NCBI GenBank assembly: GCA_965112735.1
Contig: OZ218952.1
Location: 5,704,001 to 5,768,000 of the forward strand
Source of the DNA: Phaeosaccion multiseriatum
Lineage: Eukaryota; Protista; Ochrophyta, other classes
DNA: 64,000 nt
Reading direction: 5' to 3'
Part shown: piece after piece, positions 1 to 13,425 of the stretch
How positions within the stretch are numbered: position 1 is the first letter of the stretch
Layout of the letters: the number at the start of each line of letters is the position of its first letter
Notes under the pieces: generated by a model
Databases searched by the model: none
What the model was told of the DNA's origin: nothing
Seen by the model: the letters and a program-made list of their open reading frames with translations, nothing else
Program-made: the position numbers and the translations under genes

Positions 1-3000
1 CTTGGAGTCGTTTCGGACCTCCAAGTTCCTCCCCATAAGGCTGCTGCCGTTCAGCGTAGCAATAGCCTGCTGGGCCTCCTCTATGGTGTTAAAGCGGACG
101 GTGGCCCATCCCTTGGATCGGTTCTTGACCGGGTCCGTCATGATAGTCACGCTCGTCACTTCTCCACACCCATCGAAGTGCTCCTTAAGCTGAGCCCGCG
201 TCGTGTCAAAGCTCATATTGCCCACAAAGACCTGAGGCGAGGGTGCCGCGTTGGCTTGCCCCAGACCATTCCGCTGCTGTGGCCTGTTCCCCACCCCCTT
301 GTTCAGTCCTCCGCCCGGCCTGGTGGCGTTGAAGTTTCCCGCCTCCCTGTCCTCTCGCACAAATATCTGTCTGCCTTGCAGAGACGAGTTGTTGAGGTCC
401 CTGTGAAGCCCATCGCGTACAACCAACAGCAGCACGACAAAGATAACCTCATTTAAGTTGTTCGACATTGATCGATGGAGGAGAGTAAACTAAAACTGAA
501 ACCGGTTGTTAAGAGGGTAAGCATAGTGATAAGAGCAGATGCTCTCAGCGAGCGGAGCGACCAAACTAAGCAGCGAAGGAGAGGAGCCCCCCCCACACAC
601 ACCGAATGCACACACCGCACCTGATGGCCTTCTGGGCCGCTCGGAAGTTGTCGTACTCAACCACACCGCAGCCTCTGCTCCGACCGTCTGGGAGGGAGGG
701 AGGGAGGGAGGGAGGGAGGGAGGGAGGGAGAGATACACCAATATACCAAGGTCAGCACACGGGAGGGAGCGGAAGAGCTTCGTGCTTGGCAATGGCAAGA
801 GGCCTCCCTCGTTCCGATTACTCCACACGCGTTCCGATTACTCACACTCCTTACGCTCACTCTATCTTCCATACTCCTCCTTACCCTCCCTCTCCTCTCA
901 CTCCTTTTCCTTACTCCTCCTTTCTTTCTTACCTTGGTCCTGGAGCACATCGGCATGAATGACGTTTCCTAATAAAGGATGGCAAGAGAAGGGGGCGAAG
1001 TATACAGATACACAGCAAGTAGGCAATACAGTTAGCGCAACGGGAAGGCGCCGCACTCCCTCCCAAAGATCAAGCCGTCAGCCCCTCCTCCCCCTCCCCT
1101 CCTCTCCGACATATCATCAAGTAATATGAGACCCCCCTCCGCGCCCCTGGCGGGCCTCTGTCATAGTGGCTGCTGCCTTCTCCCCTCCCTCCTCGCCCCC
1201 CTGCCCCTTACCTACGCGGCGGCAATGGTCCTTGAGGTCCTGCCACGTGACTGCTCAGACACACACGCGCACACACGCACACACGAGAAGGGGAGGAGGG
1301 AGGAGGGGGGAAAGGGCGGGATGATGATTGATGGACCACAAGAGCGAAGAGAGCGAGGCCGAAGGCACAATTGCCAATGGACGACAGTACCGTACATCAC
1401 CGGGTGTCAGGACACAGCGTTGCCTGAAACGGGTGGGGCGGACGGACGACCGACAGACAGACTGCGTTTCCTATCGTACCTTCCCAACTCAAGTTCCCGA
1501 TGTACACGCGCGTCCCTCCGACGCCCACACCCGGCCCCTGCCTCCCCCCCTGGTAGTGCATGCCCTGCTGCTGCTGGTGCTGCTGGTGCTGCTGGGGGTG
1601 GCCCTGTTGGTGGTGCCCCTGATGAGGGCCTTGGTGGTGGTGCTGCTGCATGGGGTAGCCCCCGTACACAGGCCCACCCTGGTGGGGGGGGTGCTGTGAC
1701 GAGTGGTGGTGGTGGGGGTGGTGGTGAGGGTGCTGCTGGTGCATGGGCGCCATGTGCTGCTGGTTGTGCATCATGGGAGGGCCCTGCTCGCGGTCTTCCC
1801 TCACGAAGATGAGGCGCCCCTTGATCTCGGTGTTGTTCAGCTGGAGGGCAAGTGCGAAAGAGAGAGAGAGAGAGGGGGGTACGGACAAGGGAGTTTAGAA
1901 GGAGAAGGGAAGGAGAAGGAGAGGAGAGTGAGCTCAGCTCACGCCACAGGGGTCAAGGCCGGAACACGCCCCAGTAAGCAGAGCCTTCTTTACCTGTGCG
2001 GTGGCGGCTTGCGCCTGCTCGGGGGTGGCGTACTCAACAATTCCACAGCCCTTGCTCCTTCCCGTGTTGGCCTGGAGAGAGAGAGAGAGAGGTGGCAAGG
2101 GAATGGGCAGCGAGTCTTTCGTAAGCCGAAGAGAAGTGACAGAGCGACATGGGGGATCGACCCGGGAGGGGAGGCCTCTCTCTCGCCATGCGATGAGAAT
2201 GGAGAGAAGAAACATCAAAGAAGGTAGGGCCTCCTTCCTTTCCGCAGCAGCGCACGAACCAACCTCGGTCATGACGTCAGCCCGCAGGATTTCTCCGCCG
2301 CTCAGGCGCATGTGGTCCTTGAGGTCCTGCCACGCAACGTCTGCAAACGCACGCACAGCAGGCACGGCGGTGGGGTGCAGGGGCAGGGAGGGAAGGGTGA
2401 GCAACGCACGTCGATGATTTCATGATTTCCCTTGGTGGTGCAGGAATGTTGTATGGTCTAGTTCTAGCCACTGAAAAACAAGGTTCGTCACAAGTGGCAA
2501 CGGTCGCCTTCACGAACACCGAGGGCAGCCGCGGCAGCTTGTGTGGGGCATACACAGGAACTTACCCCAGCTCTGGGAAGGACGAAGGAGCGAAGGCGGG
2601 CAGCGGAGTCCGGCCCCATGCGACAAAGGATCGAGGCGCGACCGGAGAAGCGCGGAATGACAGAGAACAGAGACGAGAGAGAGAGAGAGAGATCAGAGGA
2701 CAGGGGACAGACAGGTCAGCTTTCATTTCACCTCCGCACCCCCTTCCGAGCCGAGGGACAAGGAAGTAGCAGACACACCCTCTCACGCACTCACTCACTC
2801 ACTCACTCACTCACTCACCAGATTGCCGACATACACCCTCCGGTTCTGCCTGTTGACGCCGCCGTTGTGCTGGTGCGGCTGCATGTGCTGCTGGGGGTGG
2901 TTCCCCTGGTGCTGTCTGGGGCGGTTGTTGTTGCCCACCATGCCCGGAGCTTCTCGGTCTTCCCTCACGAAGATGGGACGAGAGTTGAGCTCGGTCTCCT

Positions 3001-4064
3001 GCACAGGGCAGGGGGAGCAGTGCGGCGGCAAAAGGAGAGGCAGAGGAGAGGAGAGACAGACAGACAGAGATAGAAGCAGATGAGAGGCAATGAGAGGCAG
3101 GGGGGGAGGACGGGCAAAACCAATTCAATGTGGGACCGGCCCGCCTGCCTCACCTGGAGTGTGGCCATGGCGTTGAGGGCCTCAGCGGTGGTGCGGTACT
3201 CGACAATGGCTGAGCCTTTGGAGCGACCGTCGTTGCCGCGGAGCACGTCGCAGCGGACCACCTCTCCTGCTTGGCGCATGTGATCCTTCAGCTCCTGCAA
3301 GCAGCCAGTAAAAAAGAGGCGGAGAGAGGGAGAAGAGGGGCATGGTGGATGAGGCAGGTGGTGCGGTTGCGTCCATTCTCACTCAGTGCCTCGCGAGCGT
3401 GACAGAGGGTGGTGCTGTAGGATAGACGGAAGGGCTCTCTCACTCACAGCGCAGTGTTCAAGGACAGCAGCGAAAAGCCTACCCCACCCCACCCCTCTCC
3501 CGCACCTGCCAGTCCGTCTGCCAGCTCAAGTTGCCAACGAACACCCGTGCGGAGCGCTCGACGACAGGCACCACAGGGTTGACCACCGGAGCAGGCATAA
3601 CCTGCTGCACTTGCTGTTGCTGTGGGACCATCACCGGCACCATGGGAACTACCGCAGCGTCATTGTAGACCATGGGCGGAGCCACCTCCTGTTGGACGCC
3701 GTAGCCCATGTCGCCATTGGCATTGAACTGTGGCTGCGCGAAGTTGGGTTGCGAGAGTGAAAGAGTGAGATTGCTTAGCATTTTGTGCTGTGGAGGGCAG
3801 GAGGAGGCAGTGGTGCGGCCTTTCAAAGAGCGCGCAGTGTGTGTGTTTTACCTCCTTTTTTGGATACAAAAGGTGGTTAAGCATTTAACCCAAGAAAGGC
3901 GCGATGGTGAAGGAGTAGCTAATCTGCACGGGCACGAGGCCAAGAAGGCGTCCCGCACAGCAATTGCAACACCCCACAGGCTCCCGCCGCCATTACAGCC
4001 ATTTCCTTCCCTCTCCGCTCGTTTTCAAAATTACCTGCTGCTGCTGCTGGCCTTGTGGGTTCAT
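1..4064 (-). CDS. Four-RRM RNA-binding protein, Gbp2/Hrb1/hnRNP-M (G-strand-binding protein) family; spliced, 3' end runs off the window start
   Basis: Exon 1 MNPQGQQQQQ (4064-4035, GT donor). Later exons give RVFVGNLSWQTDWQ/ELKDHMRQAGEVVRCDVL..GRSKGSAIVEY, RRVYVGNL/VAWQDLKDHM/GRSKGCGIVEY, TRVYIGNLSWE/VTWQDLKDH/GRSRGCGVVEY and QVFVGNMSF..NRSKGWATVRF. The first three RRMs end in the family-typical IFVREDRE, with Q/H-rich linkers. Confidence 0.9.
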
Positions 4065-4308
4065 TTTTCTCCGCACCTGGACCTTCTTCCCTTCCCTCCT
4101 TTTCCTGCTGCTACTGCCGGCTGGACCTTCCCTTCCTCCACTCCCCTCTTGTCAATCCTTGTCCTCTTCTTTCTCTCTCTTGTCTGTTAGGTTGGGAGCG
4201 GCCCAGTCCTAAGCAAAGCCTTGGCCCAAGCAGTATTCCCAGGGGGGCGGATTGTTTGTGGCTCGTTCATCTCTCAACAGAGGGAGTTCGTGCATCAACA
4301 GCAGAACC

Positions 4309-5617
<1,309 letters not shown>

Positions 5618-6081
5618 TTGTGGCCCCGCTGCATACGAGAGCCGCGTGGAGCTCCGTTTCGGCGAGGCTCAGAGGAGAGGAGCCTTGGCAGTGTGGAGGG
5701 CAAAGAGCGCCAGTGACAGTTGTGGGTGTGCTTCTGTAGGCCTGGAGCGTACGAGTTAGGCGAGCCAGGGTGAAGGGATGTACTGCTGGTGATGGCGATG
5801 CACCTCGTCCACAAGCGCGAAATAGGAGTGAATATACGACCCCTCCCTTTGACTATACTCTACCTGTCCTGACTCTTTTCTACCTTTACTCAACACTGCT
5901 CCTTGCCCGCTGTCGAGCCCTCTATTCCGCGGTGGCAGTCCAATCCACCCCGCGAGTCGGGGAAGAATTTGAGTTTAAGATTTTTTTTTTCAAATCCAAC
6001 GCTTGCTCCCCTCCCAGATCCCTCCCAATCAATAAAGTGCCGATAGCTCCACGAGAAGTCCCTGCACACATCTGATCAATC

Positions 6082-7443
6082 ATGGTACGTGGGGATATTT
6101 GCAGTGAGGAAGGTGGACTGCTTTGGCGGGGGCTGGATGTCGCTGGCGCTGCTGCAGGTGCTGCACGGAAGGCAGCCTTCCCCCTAAAAGCAGCGGACAA
6201 CGCCAAGAGGCCCCACAGCAACGGCGGATGCTGCTCATCCGGCAGCAGCAGCAGTGCTTTCGGCATCTACGGCAAGCGTCGCGTAGTGACTCCGTTCTCC
6301 GGGCTTATCTTGGCCCTCACCCACCCTTGTTTTGTTCCCGGCTCCCTCCTCCCCCCCCTCTCCGCCGCTTCCGCTTTGTACCCACTCTCGTCGAAACTGC
6401 GTCGGCCCGCTGGTTCTGCCTGGTGCTCATCCTCTGAACGTACCAGGCCGACGGCTACGATCCCAAGAAGTCACAAGTTAATGATGACAAGCTCGCGGAG
6501 TTCATCCGCTCGCAGCTGACAGGTGCGTGGGAGCGGAGGCGGGCGACAGGGGCTGATGGGGTGCTGCCTCTGCGTCGTTACCTCCCCATCCTCAATCCAA
6601 CCCACCATCTGATGCCCTTCCTATCCTTTGCTGCACATTCGCCAGGGGATTTGACCGAGGTGCCTGGCTTAGGAGAAAAGGCAATTAAGGCTCTCATGTC
6701 GGGGGAGGATGGGGAGAAGATTACCAACACACATCAGCTCATTGGACAGTTTCTCTTGCTGAAGGTGAGCTCCGATGGCCTGAGACCCCCTACAGTAATC
6801 CAGAAGTGGGAGCTGTAGGCTCTTGTCTTGTTGGGCCTTTGACCCAAGTCTTGTATCTGGCGCTGGCTGCGTCGCTGCCTGGTCTGCTGCTGCCGCTGAG
6901 GCCAGTCATCACTCGGAGGCGACTTCCCTCTCACACCTGCTTCTCTGTATCTGTGTGGCTCTCTCTCTCTCTCTCTCCCTCTCTCTGTGTGTCACGTGAC
7001 GGCGCGTCCACCCGCACCCACAGGGCCCCGACGCGGCCACCCGCAAGGTGGACTGCGTGGAGCACTGCGACAAGTTCTGGTACTACCTGAAGAGCAGGGG
7101 CATCAACTCGCATCGCTCAGGCATCGTCAACGCGATCGCAGAGAAGGTTAACACCTTCCTGCCTGGTAAGTTATGTCGTCCAGAGCGGCCTCTCCAGCAC
7201 GTGATCACGGACTACATGTCTTCTTTTCTCTTTGCTCACCGGACCCCTTTGCTCTTTCACTCATTCGCTTTGCTCTGTCTCTGTCTCTCTTGCGTTCCCT
7301 CTTCTCTTCTCTGGACTCACCCTACCTGCTACTACTTCACGCACTCGCTTTGCTTTGTCCCTTGTCCCCTATCTCTCGCCACCCCTCGACACCCAACAGA
7401 TGTCTACGACGCGGACGCCTTTGCGGACGAGGCGGACAAGTGA
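6082..7443 (+). CDS. Small barrier-to-autointegration-factor (BAF)-like helix-hairpin-helix protein, ~127 aa, 5 exons
   Basis: Exons 6082-6084 (ATG only), 6447-6522, 6646-6764, 7024-7165 and 7400-7443 join in frame: MADGYDPKKSQVNDDKLAEFIRSQLTGDLTEVPGLGEKAIKAL..ITNTHQLIGQFLLLK..DKFWYYLKSRGINSHRSGIVNAIAEKVNTFLPDVYDADAFADEADK. This parallels the BAF motifs (F...P, AGIG, LGQFLVLK, F..WLK). Confidence 0.7.
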
Positions 7444-7638
7444 TGTGACTAGCGCCGGCACTAACTAGGAACTAGACTTATCACACGTTGGGACCCACTC
7501 AGAACTACTGTACCTAGGCGTGGAGGCGAGTCTAGCAACAACAATTTTCCCTGTAATATTTATAGATGTACCTAAGCCCGAAGAAGGAAAAATGATTGTC
7601 TATGTCTGCTCGCAGAGCAAGCGGTGTGGAGATAAGAG

Positions 7639-7986
7639 TCAACAACATGCTGCCACTGGGCTCTCTCCTTGCTTCCGGTTGGCCTTGGGGTTGAGGTTGA
7701 TGACCTCGGGCATGAACATCTCGGGCTCCATATTGGCAGCGCTGTGTCTCAGACCCCTCGCAGACAGCTCCATGAAGGCGGCCTCGACCTGGCAGTTACC
7801 GCGGCAGCAGCAGCAGCAGCAGCAGCAGTAAGGGCGTTTCACGGCCGCAGCAGTAGCAGAAGCAGCAAGAGTGTTAAACAGCAGCAGCAGCAGCAGCAAC
7901 ACCAGCGGTAGGAACGACAGGCAACGAGAGGAAGGGTTGAGATGAGAGGGCACTATTGTGGTCCGTTCGGGTGGGCCGGGCCGGGC

Positions 7987-8027
<41 letters not shown>

Positions 8028-9000
8028 CTACCTGGAGTGCTCCCATCGCACTTGTCTCAAAGTAGGGGATGGCTACCGGGCCTTGAGATCTGCACCAGGC
8101 TTGCGCCCTTGCCTTTGTGACTCTTCGCTCGCCCTCCTTGTCGACCTATTGCGGGGGCAAGCAAGACCTCCTTCGTTATCGCTGCGTAGCAAGGAAACAG
8201 GAGAGCATTCTGCAGCGGTGGGAGGTGGAGGCTAGGCGAGGGAGGAGAGAGACAGTGGAGAAGGAGGGAGAGGTGGGAAGACGGAAGGAGAGGAGCTCTT
8301 TTCTATCAACTGCGCCTGCTGTTCGCTCGTTCGCCCCCAAGTTGTACCTTGTTGCCGATGCACACAAAGGGAAAGTTGTCGGGGTCTCTTGGGTTTGCCT
8401 GCTTGAGGAACTCTTGCCGCCAGGACTCCAGCTGCTCAAAGCTGCGGAATGTATGTGGGGTAGGTACAGCATCGAAAGAGTGGCGCTCAGCACTTGTCTC
8501 GAGGCTTACCACCGCGTCCCTCCTCCCTTCCGACCACCCCTCTCTCTCCACAGCGCCGCTCCACGGGACGCTCTGCCTCTCCTTGCTGACCCCTTCTCTT
8601 TGAGGCCTCAAACACCCCTACCCACTCCTCCTCCCAAAGCGCCCACACACCTGCGTGGATTTGTTAAGTCGAACACAAGCACACAGGCTTCTGCTCCGCG
8701 ATAGAATGACACCCCTGGACGCGAGAGCGAGAGCGAGAGAGAGAGGGAGGGATGGACGCTAAGAAAGCCAACGCTTAGAGAGAGAAAGATTTATAGGCAC
8801 CACTGATCAGTGAGAGCGTCCGTAAATAGCAGGAAGGACTTACCTAGTGATTGAAAGCGCTCCTGCCCTGCCGTGTCCCATATTTGAAGCGTGACCAGCT
8901 TGTCGTCGACCACGACATCTAAAGAGAGGGGGGGGGGGGGTACGGGGTACGGGAAGAGAGAATGAGATACTGAGGCAGAGAGGGGGAAGAAAGAGAGTGA

Positions 9001-9044
<44 letters not shown>

Positions 9045-9529
9045 AAGCTTCCCTAGGACCCTCACCTTTGACACTGAAATCCGCTCCAATCGTTGCTTTG
9101 TATTGTGTAGAAAATCTAGAGTAGACTGCAAGAGTCACAAACGTCTTTAGAAGCCGTCTCAGCCCTTTTCTTTCTCTCCCTTGGTTTCTTACCGTACTGG
9201 TTCAAGAGACACGTCTTTCCCACCCTGAGAAAGAGATAACAGAGGAGAAACGAGAGAGGTAGATGGATGGAGAGAGAGGCGGTAAGAGCATAGCAAGAGA
9301 AGAGGAAGAAGCACCCCAATAGAGGGGGAAAGAGACAGGCATGTAGTCCCCCCTCCTTCAGGGGCAAGGCAGTTCTGGATCCGCTAAGACTCACCCTGAA
9401 TCTCCCAAGATGACGCACTTCAGTAGGGCTGTAGAAATGGAAAAGTTAACGCAGCAGCAGCAGCAGGTGTTGGTGGAACGGCTTTAGGGGAGAGCAACAT
9501 AGCCAGGACGTACCTCTCCTCCCAGACAT
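7639..9529 (-). CDS. RAB7: Rab7-family small GTPase, multi-exon
   Basis: MSGRRALLKCVILGDSGVGKT, YKATIGADF, VTLQIWDTAGQERFQSLG, FYRGAEACVLVFD, ANPRDPDNFPFVCIGNKVD, YFETSA and a C-terminal CC prenylation motif. Confidence 0.93.
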
Positions 9530-9780
9530 TCTCGCCCCAAGCAGTGTCGACAAGCCGTTGCTAAAACGAATATCGAGAAGCTCACGGCTTCTACTTCCCT
9601 GCTCCTGCCTGCCCTTCCTTCTTTGGTTTTTGGCACACACTTATCTTAGTGTGGTTGGGGGTCAGGGCCGAAACGATACCCAAACATTCCCTCAAACGAA
9701 CCTCAAACTGGCAAATCAGATCGTGGGATTCAAATATAAAAAAGAGAGGAAAAGGGAAAGGATTAATACGGCGGCCAGAG

Positions 9781-11494
9781 ATGGCTGACGACAGCAGTGA
9801 TGACGATTTCATGGACATGATAGCGCTTCCTAAGCCCAAGGCCACGAGAGACACCAAGAAGGAGGCCGAGAGCAAGAGGGCGAAGGCGGCTCTCCGAAAC
9901 AAGCTGCTGAAGGAGGGAGAAGAGATTGCAAAGCTCAACAGGGAAGCAAAGGAGCTAGAGGAGGTGCGTACGTGACTCCGCCCTCTTGAGGCAGGCGGAC
10001 GTCGCTGACATCCCGTTGATTTGCCACAAAACTCCACAAACGGGCCAAAACAGAGCGCTCCAGCAGGCAATAATGGAGAGAATGTGGACGAAAACGAGGA
10101 GAGCTGTGTGGCGAGCTTCAAGGTGGACAAGGAGGACATCAAGGAGCTCCTCAGCATGAAGTTTGATGCGGATCAGGAGAAGGTTGGTCGACCAGGCAGT
10201 TGTTTCGCGTGGCTTCGCTTACGCCACACCCCCCCCCCCCCCCGGCCCAACAAACACGTTCAAGTGCAGGAGACAGCCAAACTGCATGCTCTGATGGACG
10301 ATGAGAGTGACAATATCACAGAACGGCCGGGCCACGTCTGCATGCTCCGACCTGCTGCTGCTGCTGCTGCCAGTGCGCCTGGCCTTCGTTTCTCGCCGAG
10401 CCCTTTGGAAGGAAAGGCGGCGCCCTACGCCGGATTGTTCGACATGCTCACGAGGGTTTCTCCCGGTCAAGACTCTGAGGAGCTACGAGAGGTGAGATCC
10501 TGCTCCGCGCATCAAATATGAAGCTCGAGGTAAGGGCACTCACTTCCCCTTCCTCACCATCCCTGCCCCCAGTTCTTGATGCTGGAAGACTCTGCCATAT
10601 TGGCTTGGTTGGATGAAGCCAATCTCCCGCCGCCCGCGGACTTGCTACGCTGGTTGCTCCAGATATGCGCCATGCACGCGACCACGGGATCAAAAGTGAG
10701 CAAGTGTTCCGTGGGTTTTGTGGTACCCCCATGTAGCACGCTCGTCTCACTCGTGCTGTGCTGCTCGCTAGCAGGGACCGGCCGGCCTCGCGCTGAATAT
10801 GCTGAGGCTGCTGGCGCGACAAGCGGAGACGTCCGGCAGACTGGTGCAGGCCTCCGTGAGCCGCCCCGCCCTCACCTTTGACTTCGTTACTCAGGTTCGA
10901 AGGCGTTTGTTTCCCAGGCCGCACCGCGGTAGCAGCAGCAGCAGGAGGAGGAGAAGAGGAGGTTTGACGCCCTTGCCACGCTAAATGCACACAGGTTCTG
11001 ACGAGTTTCGGGGCCGCATGGCTCTGTACGGACGGGGAGCAGCAGCCAAAGCAGCCGAGCAGCGGCGGCAAGAAGCGCAAGAGGCATGGTGGGCCCAGCG
11101 GAGACCAAGACGAGGCGACGCCGACCAGAGAGGACTTGGTCGGCAAGGAGACAGAGGACTCCCTGTTCGCCCATCTTTACTTGTTCCTGGACGGGGTAAG
11201 TGCGCCCTTCAGAGAGAGGGAGAGCTTCGGGTGGCTGCTCTGCCCACTCACACAGCCCCGCTCCGCTGCGGACGCGTGTGATGCATGCAGGTGCGGCTCT
11301 GTCTGGAGGAGGGGGAGCGGGTGGGTCGGGAATGCTCCGCCCCCCGGCAGCAGCAGTGGCACGGCTTATCAGTGGATGAGTTGAGAAAGCTCTGCGTATG
11401 CATTTGCAGAATTCAGCTGGACAGCAAGGTAGGTTGTTGTTGACTTGTGCGTGCAAGGGCTGTGTACACACACACACACACGTGCAAGGGCTAG

Positions 11495-11542
<48 letters not shown>

Positions 11543-12859
11543 TCGTGTACGAATCTTGTTGGCAGGTGCTGCGCGTACGGGCCGGGCACTCCTCCCTGCG
11601 GACGACACTCGCGGCGGCCATCCAGGCCTTTCCGGCGGATGCCTGGGACGAGCAGCTTCCCTTGCTCGTGGACCAAATGCTCTCATGCGCGGATGAGCAA
11701 CAGGCCTGGGGGAAGGAGAAAGTGGAGGGCCTCGCCAGGGTGCAGGTGCGTGCGTGGCGGAGAGGAGGAGCCGACTTGTTTAGTTCTTTGTGCTCCTTCT
11801 CTTTGTTGCGTGTATCCTAAGCGACCCGTCCTTCGCATGTGAATGAATGACCTGCGCAGGTGACTGGTCTTCTTCCTGACGGCCACATGGTCGGCCGGCT
11901 CCATGCCGTCAAGCTGGGCCTGTGCTTCGGCTTCTTGTCTCGCTGGGTGTTTCGCGATTGCTCCTTCAAGGGCAAGGCAGGTACGCTGGACACCCGTTCT
12001 GCAGCTGTAATGGTCTCAAGGAGAACGGAGAACATGACTACTCCTGCTCCTACCCACCATAACCTTGTGTTTCCACCCCTTCCACCGCTCCCCCAACAGC
12101 AGTGGAATTAGGATTCACCGACTTGGAGCAAGTACTGCTGGGTGCAAGCGGAAAGGACCCGTCTGCCCCTGCCGAAGGGGGCCATGCCTCCCCGCCACCC
12201 AGGAGGCCCCGACCGTGCCCGCTCCCGAGGGAAACACGGGCGGAGAAGCAGCTCGAGCACGCCGCCGCGGCCTGTGTAGGAGAGCTCCTAGGAGGTCCGT
12301 CTCCCTCCATCCGGCTTGGTGGGGCTGGTTGTTGACATGTGGACTGTGCTGCTGCACTACTTTCTACCCGCCCACTCGCTCGCTCGCTGCTTGGTGACTT
12401 TGTTCGCTTTTTTGCCCCATGCTTGCTCATCTCATTCGCCTCGTTCGCCGCGTTGGCCTCCTTGCCGCAGTAATGCTTCCCGATCTGTCACATGCTCAAG
12501 TGGAGAGCGTCCGTCGGAGGATGGAGCTGTGGCGCGGCGAGCTCAAGTCGACGCACAACACGGAGGTGCTCATGACCAAGGAGGCGCTCATGTGCACGCT
12601 GGTAAGAAGGGAAGGGCCCCCTGACTTGAGTAGAAAAAGCATGACTGTACGACTGTGGGGTAGAAAGGGATCGTGTGGGTACAACAACTTCTGCTGTAGG
12701 CTGTTTGCTCGATCGGCAGCCCCCCCCCCCTTTTTTCTTTCCCCCTCATCCCCTCGTCCACACCCACCCACCCTCCTCTAGGCGAGCTTCGCCAATGATG
12801 GAAAGAAGAAGGCCAGCCCTCGGCAAGCGTCGATTCGCCAATTCGGCGGCCAAGGCTAG
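9781..12859 (+). CDS. Helical-repeat protein, tentatively SLF2/FAM178 (CANIN domain; Smc5/6 loader Nse6-like)
   Basis: Spliced ORF segments run from MADDSSDDDF to ..PRQASIRQFGGQG*. PPADLLRWLLQICAMH, LTFDFVTQVLTSFG, WDEQLPLLVDQML and LLPDGHMVGRLHAVKLGL resemble, in order, recalled FAM178A CANIN segments. The gene is solid; the identity is tentative. Confidence 0.45.
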
Positions 12860-13425
12860 CGTAGCGCAGTGCCGGCCAGTGAGTCATCGAGTAGGGTTAT
12901 GTTTTTAAAAGGAGAAAGGCGAATCGGCTTTACTTTTCTCCTTTTTTGGGCCGGCGGTCGACGGTATAAAAGTGCGCCGGAAGAAAAAGCCAGCCAAGGA
13001 GCTATTTGAAACCGCCAGTCACAAATGGCGGAGGCGTTTCGCCGCGTCCCTGGTTTGTCGGCTGCTGCTGTGGCACATCGTCGCCGTGTCCCACGAGAGA
13101 GGGCACGGTCAAGGAGAACACCCTTTAGCGGTGCCTTCTCTCCAAGTAACGATAGACTGAGAAGCGACGGGAGGTCAAAGGGCCAACAAGGAAGGGTAGA
13201 CGCATTTTTTTGCATCACTCCAACATCGGAGACGGCGGCCGGGAATACTGGCCAAGGCGTCCTTTTGTGGGGGGTGGATGGCCCTGCAGCGGGTGGCGAC
13301 GTGATGCGACGAGAGGGTGTGTGACTAGCACATCGAGTAGAGAGAGGAAGGGCAAGCGGCGGAGGAGGAGAAGGAGAGAGGGATGCGAGAGTAATCGCTA
13401 GGCTCAAGCAGCTCGACTGCTCAAG

